Source: Blepharisma stoltei ATCC 30299 (lineage: Eukaryota; Protista; Ciliophora). From it: DNA of 64,000 nucleotides. The stretch spans positions 310,001 to 374,000 of the forward strand of contig CBFDEM010000060.1 in assembly GCA_965603825.1 (NCBI GenBank), given 5' to 3'. Both the position numbers and the translations under genes were made by a program. Each line of letters begins with the position of its first letter. Within the stretch, counting starts at the first letter, position 1. This document shows, in pieces, positions 38,330 through 49,392 of this stretch. A model generated the notes under the pieces. That model saw only the letters and a program-made list of their open reading frames with translations. It was not told the origin of the DNA and did not search any database.

Positions 38330-40960
38330 CTATATATTATTTAGCTGCTTAAATTTCAATTTTCTGTATGTTTCTGCTGTTGGCGACTTGAAATTATCTC
38401 TTATATATGAAGGGCATAACTGTAAAAGATACGTCATTGTGTTTTCTATTTTTTCTCTGAGCTCTAAGCCGCTGCAATCACTTCATGATTCACCCTTTTT
38501 AGGCAAATTTGCCACATCAGCAACCCTTGCAATTGCTTCTAAAAATTCCACAAAATTCATTTCAAGGTGCTTTTTTTTATAAATTTCATCAACCTGAGTC
38601 ATCATTGCTTGACTATAGCACAAATCAATTTCTCTCGTCCCAAACGTACTTTGTACCATTTGTGCATCACTGAAAATAGCCCTGAATTCTAAAAGAGCCA
38701 TAAAAGGCTTTGAGCCTGGTAGCCCTTTTTTCCCGCTGTATTTACTAAATACAGATTCTAAAATTGGCTTGTGGACCTTGAGGGCTAAGTCAGTATCTTC
38801 GCATATATATTTTTCAAACCTTCATTTATTTGTATCATAAGTTGCCATAACTGAAAGATGCTCATTTGCAAGCTTTTCGATAGCTTCTGCAGGATTGGCA
38901 CAAATTTTGTTTCTCACATATTTATCATTTGCAATTCTAACTAGTATTTCCATGAATTCATATCTGCATAGTCCATTTCCTGAATTATAAAGTTGATCAG
39001 AACTTTGTTGGGCATTAACAGAATTTCAGTTGACACCGACATCACTCAATGTGTAGTATTTATCAAATATGCCACATTGATTTAAAAAGTCTATAAAAGC
39101 ATTAGAGCCAATAGAAAACACTTCATTCCCACAAACAGCTGACAAGAATCGATAGGTTTCTCTGAAATCTTTATAAAACTTCTTCATCTGGGTTTTCAAA
39201 AGCTCCAATGTTTCAGGATTTTTAACAAACTTGGGGATTCTCGTGTGCTTAAAATCAAATTCAAAGCCTTGGGTGTATAATTGTTCAGAGTCAAATGTAT
39301 ATTCTTTAAATAAGCTGATAGGAATTGACCAAACAATTCTTTGAAGCTCTTCTACTGATTCTTGTTTTGATTCTTCTATGCGTGGCTTTATAGCAAATGG
39401 CTGTTTGATATTGCATGAAGGGCCTGATGGGCTCATAGTATTGACTAATGAAATTTCATATAGCTGATTGTTTATTTGGACGCTTAACGGTAAATCCAAT
39501 TCAAATGCTGGCATGTTAGTTGATAAAACTGGCCCTTGCCTATTACTGAAGAAAAAGCGAAATTCCCGTGGTGGGATAGCTCTAGCAATTTCAAATAAGC
39601 TTTCGTTAACCTTATGCATAGCTTGTGGCTTAAAGCCATCGCATTCTAAATGAATGAAAATTTCTTTGCAGTTTGGATCTTCGCTATTCCAAATAAATTT
39701 AAAGTCAACCCATTCTTCACATATCCAGCAATTTGTTCCGAATAATTTGCTTTTATGCTTAAATGAATCATTGATCCTCCTGAAGCCATGGGTCTTTGAA
39801 ATTCTATCAGAACTGTCTGTTAGAATTATAAATCCTTTGGCATCAATCGAGCAAGAATTCCCAAGCATGTGGATTCCAAGAAGTGTATGGTTCTGGCTGA
39901 GGCCTACAGATATGGCTTGGCATTCTTGAGGAGTGAATAAGTTATATGAAAAATCCAGATGAATAAGACTAGTGTTTGTCTTAAGAAAATCACTTATTAT
40001 TTTTGCTGTTTCTAAATTAGAACTTTTGCCAAGGGAGTTTCAGGACAGATCTAATTGAAGTAAAGACTCATTTTGAGAGAGACCAGAAAAGATTTCATGA
40101 CCACCTTTAGGTTTTATGTTGTTCCAATGAAGATCTAGATGTTTGAGGGACTGATTTTCGATAAGCAAATCTTTAAGATCCTTTGCAGATTCATCCCCAA
40201 TGCTATTTCTGGCTAGATTTAATTTTATGAGAGTTTTATTGTCACATAGACATTGGCAAAGCTTTTCTATGCCTTTCTTTCCTAATTTTGTGTTTTCTAG
40301 CTCAAGGTGGCTTAAAATTGAATATTCCTCATTAAGCAGTTTCACAATTGAATTTATAGTATCAACTCCTAAGGAATTATCAGAAAGCACAATCTTTTTA
40401 GTTCTTTTTTTCTCTAATTTTGAAACAATTCTACTGCTTGCCATCCCTGAAAGTCTATTTTCTTTAAGGTTCAAAAATTTTATTTCTTCCAATTTGCTAA
40501 TGCCTTCTGAAAATGCGTTAGCATAATTGTCACCCATGCTGAAATTATGAATATCAATGGAATCGCTCGGTCCTTTTGCTTTTACAAGCCCAAAAGGAAT
40601 AGGATTCAACATTCCTTTATCTATTTCATTTAGATATGCAAATTCAGGAGTTTCTGAAATGAGCTTGTAGTGCTTATTATGAGTTATTGTATTTAAGTTT
40701 CTGTAATTGTCGAAGTATTCTAATCTTGCATGATGGCCCACTCTGATCGTAGAATATTCTAAGGATTCTGCTCTAATATGGCTACTTGGAGTCATTATAT
40801 GTCTGGCTTGTCTTGGAGACCATTTATTAGCAGATGACTGAGGTCGAGATATTTGTGATATTTGTTTCTTATTGAAGTCTACAGGAGTCAGTCCTGCAAT
40901 TCTGATTTTTCTTTCTATCAAAGGAAGTTTCCTTTTGTCAAAAATGTCTGTCATATTCAT
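38330..40960 (-). CDS. RNI-like leucine-rich-repeat protein with EF-hand-like C-terminal region (~876 aa; start could be 40975, 40960 or 40954)
   Basis: LRRs LNLARNSIG, LDLHWNNI, LDLS(W=TGA 40040)NSLG, LDFSYN; CWICEEW; LCRYEFMEILVRIA and MNFVEFLEAIARVA. Single frame through TGAs to TAG at 38330-38332. Confidence 0.87.
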
Positions 40961-41819
40961 TATTATCAAAATCATGACTCGCTTCCAATATGTTACAAAA
41001 TGGCTTAACTGGTTGCAAGAAATAAATACGAAGTGTGTTGATAATTTTTTGAAAAGATAAATCCCTTATTTAATAAATTACAGAATAAGAAGAATAGAAA
41101 TTCCGTAACCGCTTGGATCCCATAAAGGCCTATATTTCCAAAAACATTGATATCAAAATAAAAGTCTCATTAAACTTACAATTAATGAAATTAATACTAG
41201 ATTTTCAATATATTTCTTTTCATTTTTCATAAAGAATCTATAATAATTTTCATTCTGTGCCTTACTTAATAAGACTAGGCCATATTACAAACAATAAAAT
41301 ATTTTTTGTAGCCGATGATGAAATAATCAAATTTATTAGTTTTGATGAGTGTATTGATCTGTTTTTCTCCATTACGGTTAAATTACATTTGCATCATATA
41401 TCTTCTTTCAAAGCTTTGAGTGGAGGGCTCGGCTTCTTAAAAATTTCTTCGTCATCTATTAATTTCCAATCAATACCTATATCATAAGCACTTATTATGA
41501 TTGCTTTCTTCGTATGACAATCAAATTTCTCATTTTATTTTTTTATATCATTGCTCAGCTCATTAGATTCTCACATCAAATTAATTTCATTTATTCTTTT
41601 ATTCGCCCTTATTTTCAGCTTATTTTTCCTGGCTCTCCGAAAATGTGCTAAATCTGCCATACAAACTCATAAACCGCCCTATTCATTTCACATTTTTTTT
41701 AGTTTTACAATACATATTTCACACGAAATCTATTAAATGTCCTAAACAGTATCAAATCCCTTTACTTTATAAATAACGTATTTATCATCTCTGATTATTT
41801 CATTCGTTTATAACGAAGC

Positions 41820-43577
41820 ATGGAGCGTGTTTTAATAGATAATGAACTTAATAGTACCCGTGACGAAGAAGACGAAGACCTTTCAAGCCTGATTCACTCA
41901 TACCCCAACAACAAAAACGAGGTCGTTGAAGTCTCCCCAAAGGGACGATTTTTCAGAGTAAGCCTTATATAGTTCAATGACCTCCTAGGGTCTGGAGCCT
42001 ATAAAACTGTGTATCGAGGACTTGACAATGATCAGGGCTGTGAAGTTGCCTGGAACAGTATCAGTCTCAAAAACCTCCCTGTCGAAGACAGAACCCAGAT
42101 CGCTGAAGAAGTTAAATTAAATCGGAGACTTAACCATCCTAACATCGTTCATTTTATATCAGCATGAACAAATCCGAACAAAGAAGAGCTTGTTTTTATT
42201 TCTGAGCTCGTTACGGGAGGCTCTCTCAGGCAATATTTGAAGAAAATAAAATTCCCACGTTTGAAGGTGATAAAAAGCTGGTGCAAAGGAATTCTTTTAG
42301 GTCTCCAATATCTGCACTCACAGAAGCCTTATCCGATAATACATAGAGATTTGAAATGTGACAATATTTTTATCATGTCCAACACTGGAGACGTAAAAAT
42401 TGGGGATTTTGGGCTGTCAACAATAATGAGAAGTAAATTACAGACTTCAGTCTTGGGAACTCCAGAATATATGGCGCCTGAGGTGTATGAAGGGAGCTAT
42501 GATACGAAAGTTGATATTTTTTCGTTTGGGATGTGTATTACAGAGATGTGCACACTTTCTGCTCCTTATAAAGAATGCAAAACTCCAGCAGCAGTTTATC
42601 GAAGAGTTATGTCAAGAATTCTGCCTGAGTCTTTGAAGACAATTCAAGACGAAGAAGTTCAGAAATTTATTGCGTTGTGTTTGGAGATTGCAAGCAAGAG
42701 ACCGTCTGCAGATGAGCTACTAAATAACTCATTTTTGACTATTGATGAAGAAGACCCAAGGGTGCATCAAGCGGTTCCACTGGCTAATGAAAACGAAGAA
42801 ACTTCGCAGAGCCAAAATAATTGTTTGGCAAGTGCAGCAAATGAGCTTGAAAAAGACCTAATTGAAAGCTCCTTGATCATCAAAGACAACAGAGGCGCTC
42901 TAAGACAAGTAACTTTTCAGTTTGACTTAAACTCAGATACCCCCGAGACAGTAGCAGAAGAAATGGTCAGAGATCTTGCTCTTGATCCTGCATTAGTGAT
43001 TCCAATTGCTAACGAAATTGAAATCCTTGTATTTTCAAACTCAAAAAATATATGCCTAGAATGCTATCATAAAGAAAAAAACTGCAATGAAAAATCTGAA
43101 GATTTTTGCATTCACACTAATAATAACAGAGCTCCGATATACAGCACCAGGAAAGTCTCAATTTCAGCGCCAGAAGAAGCCGAAATAAATAATGACTCTA
43201 TCGAAAATGTGCAAATTGAGCACTCATTGGAAGATTTATTGTTATTAGACAATACAACTTTTAATATTCCAAATAAGGAATTACCACAAATTAATGAAGA
43301 AATACAATACCCATTCAGAGGGGTTATCAGGAAAAGAACAACCCAAGGCAATGATAAAGAAAATGTGATCCAATTACAACAGGCACTTTCTGCTGTTCTC
43401 AGGACAAGAGTGAAAGTTAATGGTTTTTATGGACAAAAATGTGAAAACATTGTGAAAAAATTCCAAGACAGAGAAGGATTTGAACCAGACGGAATAGTGT
43501 CCGAAGAACTTTGGAATAAATTAATGGTTGAATATAGTAAAGTATGTGAAGAAGATTCAGATTGAAATTTTAGTTAA
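41820..43577 (+). CDS. WNK: WNK-family Ser/Thr kinase (580 aa, one intron) with CCT/OSR1_C-like domain and C-terminal peptidoglycan-binding-like domain
   Basis: After removing intron 41958-41972: SPKGRFFRFNDLLGSGAYKTVYRGLD...EVAWN (Lys in the Gly loop, no VAIK Lys), HRDLKCDNIF, GDFGLS, GTPEYMAPE; VTFQFDLNSDTPETVAEEMV. TGA at 43563 is followed by TAA at 43575-43577. Confidence 0.94.
41958..41972 (+). other. 15-nt spliceosomal intron (GTAAGCCTTATATAG)
   Basis: Contains an in-frame TAG; removal restores WNK subdomain I (GRFFR|FNDLLG). Confidence 0.93.
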
Positions 43578-43650
43578 TAAGATTAACTATCATCAGGATT
43601 CATGAATAATTAGGTTATTTTCAATATTTAATTGAATGCAAAATAGTTTT

Positions 43651-45018
43651 TTATTTATTACTTTTTTTTTGAACATAACAAGTGTGGCATGGGATCGAGC
43701 TATTGGATCGTCTATATATCTTGCTGAAAGTCCGAGTTTTAGGTGTGGGTTTTGAGGTATTTTTTGTGGAGTTGATCCCAATTATATCTAAATCAGGAAA
43801 ATCATTTGGAATTCCAAGGCCAACCCTTGATTTTTGAACTAAGTCGCAAATGCTGGTATCAACAACCTTATCAATGAGACTGCTGCTTTTCTTTTTCGGA
43901 AACTGCTGTTTTAGAATAGAAAAGTTTTCTGATGTTTTTGATATTTTAGACTCAAGATCTTTTCTCATTAATGAGCTTTGATTTAAGTCTATGCTAAATC
44001 CAGAGGCTCAATCAGAGCTATTCCTTGAGTGGTAATGCTTCTCAACTGGCATATTTTCTTTTTCTTGGTTTCTGCTATATTTATCGTCTTCAAGCCATCT
44101 TATTTGCTGCATAAGCTCACTGTTTTTTTGGTGAAGACTGTTAATTTCATCAATATAAAATGTTGACGATTCTTTTTCAGCAGATAGGTCTGCGTAATTC
44201 TTTTTAACCCTCTCAAGCTCATTTTTCAAGTTTTCAAAATAGCTGGAATATTCAGATTTAAGTGAATTTATGTAATCTTTAGCTGATTGCAGCTCTCTTT
44301 CCAATAAATCTTTTTCAGCGCTGCTACATTTTTCTTTGATTTTTTCCTTCAAGGATTCTATTTCTATTGCATGATTAAATTCCAAGTCTTTTATAGCTCT
44401 TTCTTGCTTTTTATTCTCAATCATAAGTTCTTGACGATTTTTCATTAAGTCAGATATTGAGTTTTCAAGAGACCTTATAATTTTGTCTTTCTCTAGCAAA
44501 GAGTTTTTTAAAGAGCAATTTATGCTATATAATTCTTCAAGCTTGTTTGATAATTCTGCTTCTGCAGTTTTGTGTGCTTTGTTATTAAACTCTTTTACTC
44601 CTCTTTCAATAGTCAGTTCGCTTTCAGTGCTTTTTAGTTTATCTTCTGTGCTCATCAACGATTTTTTAAGATTTTCGTTTTCCTTGCATATCTTACTCAT
44701 TTCAAACATTAATTCATGAATCTCAGGAGCTTTCTCAGTCCGACTCATAGGGAGGTCTTTTTTAAAATCCAAGGTCGAGCTATTTTTAAAATCAAATGTA
44801 TTTGCTAGCCTATCACCAGACTCAGAAAGGTTTACTACTTTGCTGCTCAAATCCAACCGCTTTTTCATAACATTTTCAGAGAAAGTTTTCGAATCCATCA
44901 AGATTTCTTTAGTTCTTAAAAGCGTTTGGTCTAAAGTTGATATTGCCGAAAGGCTGGCAGTTCTGATTGCCCTTTCTCCATCTATTTCAAACGATGTAAG
45001 TGACCCTTCTTCATTCAT
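43651..45018 (-). CDS. Coiled-coil protein, 455 aa, function unknown
   Basis: ORFs 44008-45018 and 43651-43968 are in frame and joined by one TGA; long E/K/L heptad region; TAA stop. Confidence 0.83.
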
Positions 45019-45099
45019 TTAAATATGACATGGAAATTTGAATTTTGAGCAGCAAATAAATGAATTAAAACTAAGGTAATCTAATAAATTTATAAAGTA

Positions 45100-45582
45100 C
45101 TAGAGCTTATTTTCGCTTGTTTCTTCTTTGGCCAAGTCAATTCTGTTTTTAAGGTTTTGAATTTCTTTTTGAATTGATTCAAATTGCACATTTAACCCCC
45201 CAATCTTGGCATTAATATTTGAGATGAGATCAGTTTGCTTTTGCTTTTTAGCTTGCTCTTCATTAGAAGTTTTATTTAGCTCATAAAGACCCCAAATCAA
45301 TAGCACTCCGTATGCTGCAATTTCTCCTAAAAATTCAGAGCCTTGCTCCAAGGCTTTTTCATCAGGTAAGGGCTTTATATAATTCTCTTCAGATGACATT
45401 TGCAGAGATTTTCTTTGAATTTTTACATTGATCCTGTTAGAGTATTGGCCTAAGTTCAAAATAGCGTTTCTAATCAGTGGATGATGATTATCGTTGTGCT
45501 TCAGCGATATCTTAAGATAGTTTGAAAGAGGCCGAGTAAAGAGTCTTAAGGCCAAAGAAAATACCTTGATTAAAGGTATCAT
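45100..45582 (-). CDS. OPA3: OPA3-like mitochondrial protein, 160 aa
   Basis: MIPLIKVFSLALRLFTRPLSNYLK, IKPLPDEKALEQGSEFLGE, hydrophobic segment, then coiled coil; TAG stop. Confidence 0.9.
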   Translation of the reverse strand: MIPLIKVFSLALRLFTRPLSNYLKISLKHNDNHHPLIRNAILNLGQYSNRINVKIQRKSLQMSSEENYIKPLPDEKALEQGSEFLGEIAAYGVLLIWGLYELNKTSNEEQAKKQKQTDLISNINAKIGGLNVQFESIQKEIQNLKNRIDLAKEETSENKL

Positions 45583-46048
45583 TTTTCTTAGATATTTTAT
45601 AATCTAAAACTCCTAGAGATAATTTCAATAAAATCAACGCATTTTCACATTAAAAAATGGAAAAATGGAAAAGTCTAAAGTTTAAACATCAGAAACTCTA
45701 TAGATTTTAGAAATAATTGCAAATGCCCTACCAAAAAAAACATAATACCATCTTATAAATTAAATACCAAGAAAAATACCTTATCATAAGAAGTTCATTG
45801 AATCAATAAAAAAGAGCCTTAAAGGTGCGAGATTATTTTAGATGAGGCTTCATGATTTAGATTATAACTCTAGATATTCAGTTATTATATAAGAGTGGAA
45901 TTAATACTGCATGCCTCTACCTTATGCTATGGCAGACTCTTTTATTAAATATAGATAAATCTCTTGCAGCTCCGAGAAATTTGGTGCATAAATTACATGC
46001 ATAAAGAAATAAGAGATTAGAAATTTAAGATTTTTCTTATAATTTAAA

Positions 46049-46318
46049 ATGGCAGAAAGGCGAGCAGTGATTAAAAACGCGGACATGTCAGAAGAAATGC
46101 AGCAAGACGCAGTGGATTGCGCAAATCAAGCAATGGAAAGATTCAATATCGAAAAAGATATAGCTGCCTACATCAAGAAAGAGTTTGACAAAAAATACAA
46201 TCCCACGTGGCATTGCATTGTGGGTAGAAACTTTGGCAGTTATGTGACCCATGAGACAAGACACTTCATTTATTTCTACTTAGGACAAGTAGCAATATTA
46301 CTTTTTAAATCTGGATAA
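46049..46318 (+). CDS. DYNLL1: Dynein light chain LC8, 89 aa
   Basis: Near-canonical LC8 sequence ([16 protein letters not shown]...[17 protein letters not shown]...LLFKSG). Confidence 0.99.
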   Translation: MAERRAVIKNADMSEEMQQDAVDCANQAMERFNIEKDIAAYIKKEFDKKYNPTWHCIVGRNFGSYVTHETRHFIYFYLGQVAILLFKSG

Positions 46319-46508
46319 TGCCTTATCTAATCAAATCAGACTAATTATTTTAAGTAAGCTTTTGCCTAATTTAAGCCAAAAGAAATACAGATATTGATGC
46401 ATCCTTACAGTGTTTTATTTTAGAAATGAAATTACTCGAACTTATCCCCATGACCTTAATTAAGTAAGACAGAATATAGCGTGGTTAAGGCTTAAGTAAA
46501 AGATTTAC

Positions 46509-46817
46509 TTACCAGCGTTGTCTTCTAATTCCTGAAAGGCAAGCTTTGTAGATATTTTCAGGGCAATCAGGGTCCAAAAATGGGCTGACACGCAAATCTT
46601 TGATTTTATCTAGATCGACTTGGGTTTCCATGGCTTCAGCTGTCATTCTCTTGCACATACTTTCAGCTTCTTTCCTTAGTTTCGGAACATTCACTCTTCC
46701 TTTGGCAAAATCGCACCCTCTATAGCAATAAAAGCGTGAGTTATTGTAATACTCGAATAATTCTTCACATGCAATGTAGCAGATTCCACCTTCTTCGAAG
46801 CTTGGATAGGAGGACAT
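46509..46817 (-). CDS. Small Cys-patterned protein, 102 aa, function unknown
   Basis: Clean ATG..TAA ORF, more GC-rich than its flanks; CxxxC...CxxGC...C...C...ACxxG pattern. Confidence 0.8.
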   Translation of the reverse strand: MSSYPSFEEGGICYIACEELFEYYNNSRFYCYRGCDFAKGRVNVPKLRKEAESMCKRMTAEAMETQVDLDKIKDLRVSPFLDPDCPENIYKACLSGIRRQRW

Positions 46818-47603
46818 ATTTTTTATCCAATCTCATTTAAGAACAATTTATTATACTTTAAGCAATATTTTAAATGATATTGAGCCTGATTATATTTTTG
46901 AGCGAAGGTCAAATCATAGAGAAGGAAGAAATTGAAATATTGAAGAAATACACTGGCGCAAGGCATTTATGATACAGAGTGCCAAATATTCTTCGAATGT
47001 CCTTTGCACATATATATTAAAATTTTAAAATCGAAATTTTATATTACTCGTCAGTACAGAAGATGGCTTTTCATAATTAACCACCTTTATTTAATATTGG
47101 GCATGTAATGCAAAATAAATCTTGAAAATGTAAGACAAGTTGCATTTCAGCAAAATTTATAATTTTTATGCTTATTATTAAATATATTTATTTTCTTGGT
47201 ATCAGCATATCCTATTTCAAAAAAGCTGCGAAACTCATCTCAACTTTTTAAAAGTATATTTAAATCAAATTTCTGGATAAAATCTAAAATTTTTTAATTG
47301 GCGTATAAGCAACTGACTTTCCCCACAATTTAGGTTTAGTGCAATAATATTCAAAAAATCATCACATTTCTTTCTAAGACTCATTTATGGCATGCATAAA
47401 TGTCTAATTTAATTGTCCTAGCTTATTTATTCATATTAATTGAATTTTTTTCTCCGTTCTCCTCTTTAAGAAATTATAAAAAATGTTGATGAGCATAAGT
47501 AAAATTTCTCCTCAGGTTTATTTCGCTATGAACCATCCGAAACCATACCTCGCGAAACCGCAACCTCTTAGCCAATTTAAGTAACTTTAATATAAATATA
47601 ATT

Positions 47604-48492
47604 ATGGGCAAATTGCAAACCCTTCTAGAGGAGTTTAAAGCAGCATTCAACAGCGACAATGTGGAAGCTCAGCTTCGAATACACGAAAAAATTGAAAAAT
47701 ATCACAATCAGCACCCCAATCTCAAAAAAACTTCACAAAAATGTGTTGAGTACAAAAAATTCCTCGAAGAGACAGATTGCTTCGATATGTGCCTAGAACT
47801 ACTACTAAACAGCGGCTGAGATCTAGAATACGAAGGCAGTGAGATTCTCGTCGAAAGTCGAGGTTCTGGTGCAGATTTCATGTCGAGGGCAAGTCTCGTG
47901 ATTAATGCTCCACTTTTATCCACAATATCAGTCATCACTGAAGTTGATTTACTGAGTACATGGTATTTTCTATAAAGGGTCCAAGTTTTAAATGGAGTCG
48001 AGACAATTGCAGAGCCCACAAATTCACGAAAACTCGGCTTTTATAATTTTTGGTTTCCATGGCCTCTCTCTGATAGGCAGTGCGTGCTGGAATTTAGCAC
48101 GTATCCTGTAAAATCCGAGCAAGGAATTCTGTTTATGATGAAAACCCCTGAAAACTCCAAGTATTTAAATATCGACATTCCCGGCCCTGTCGAAGGCTTA
48201 GTTAGGATGAATATTCCGATCGGTGGGGTTTTTGTGCAATATATTTCTCCTATGCTAACTAAGGTTGTTATTGTAGTGCAGGCGAATGGAAATATTGTAA
48301 ATTTCTATTTAGAGCTCATTGCCGGACTGGTTATTTAACTTCGGGACAAAGAGAATCATGTACTACCTGATGGATGCGCTCAGGAATCAAATTTTGAACT
48401 TCCAAGGAAGTGTTTACGAGAGAAGGGTCACTGAGAGAGAAGGATACTATAGATTTCTTTGCCAGTATATACAACAAAACATCGGAGATTAA
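47604..48492 (+). CDS. START/SRPBCC lipid-binding domain protein, 285 aa, two introns
   Basis: TGA at 47817 read as Trp; introns 47963-47977 and 48297-48312. Motifs EVDLLSTW, FPWPLSDR, GLVRM and, after splicing, LPDWLFNF; TAA at 48490-48492. Confidence 0.88.
47963..47977 (+). other. 15-nt intron (GTATTTTCTATAAAG)
   Basis: Contains an in-frame TAA; splicing rebuilds TG|G (Trp) and keeps the START frame. Confidence 0.9.
48297..48312 (+). other. 16-nt intron (GTAAATTTCTATTTAG)
   Basis: Frame-shifting; removal yields the START C-terminal helix motif LPDWLFN. Confidence 0.88.
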
Positions 48493-48565
48493 ATAACGTC
48501 TTTTTTAAAAACAAAATAGCAATTAAATGAAAACAAATAAGTCATGCTAATTCTTATCAAATAAT

Positions 48566-49060
48566 TTAGGATTCATCTACGCATTTTCCGCAGCATTTTT
48601 TTAAGCACTTCAGCAGGATTTCTCTTCCCCATGGAAAGTAAGAAGCCATGTACCAAATATAAGCACAAACTTGAATAATGATGAATACCAATATCATTAA
48701 GCCTATTTGAAAGTATAAAACACTAACTAATGTCATGATCATTGAGACAAAAAAGATTGCGCTTGTTCATCTTCTTTTTTCGTCAAAAGCACTTTTCATT
48801 TGTTTTTTAAAGCCTAGCAGGAAGCCAGATCCGATGAGGGCAAGGATATTGCTCATGGTGTAGCTTAATGCAAACCTAGTTGGATTGCCTGTAAGGATCC
48901 CAAACATTGATCCAATTGAAATTACATCTATGAAGATGGAAAGGCCAAAGCAAGTGAGGAAACCAATCATCCTTTCTTTAAATGATAAAGCTGGAATGCA
49001 TCCTTCGTCTTCAAATGAGCTATCTCTTGATTCTTGATCAAATGAAAAAAAGCCAGACAT
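48566..49060 (-). CDS. SFT2: Vesicle transport protein SFT2/Got1 family, 164 aa
   Basis: LSFKERMIGFLTCF, RFALSYTMSNIL, FLLGFKKQMKSAFDEKRR(W=TGA), YIWYMASYFPWGR; TAA at 48566-48568. Confidence 0.93.
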
Positions 49061-49392
49061 TTAAACAATATGAGGATAATTAAATTAAATCAAATAATTT
49101 AATATTTATTAATTCTTAGGCTCAGCATTAAAAGAGAAAAGAATTAATTGTTAAATTCACTTAAGCCTTACCAATCATGGGACTGAATATATTACTGGCA
49201 ATAAATTGTATTTAGGCAAGCATCCAAAGAATTTAAAACAAAGCAGAGCCCTAAACAGTTCTCATGATTAACTCTCAGTAATTAACAAAGTTTAAATCCT
49301 AATCCTTTATAAATAAACTTTTCAAAAAATTGTAAAATATTACAATATAGAAATACGTAACTGTCTTAAGCTCTCAAAATATTCATTAATTA

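Noticed and set aside
41262-41660. Minus-strand frame of 133 codons (MADLAHFRRARK...) with one internal TAA at 41535-41537
   Set aside because: No recognisable homology and no intron removes the TAA. It could be a decayed gene or chance, so it is not called.
45583-47603. Search of the longer spacers for tRNA, snRNA, telomeric repeats, IES/MITE or CRISPR-like arrays
   Set aside because: No cloverleaf, C4A4 repeats, terminal inverted repeats or spaced direct repeats were recognisable by eye; an Infernal/tRNAscan run is needed to exclude ncRNAs.
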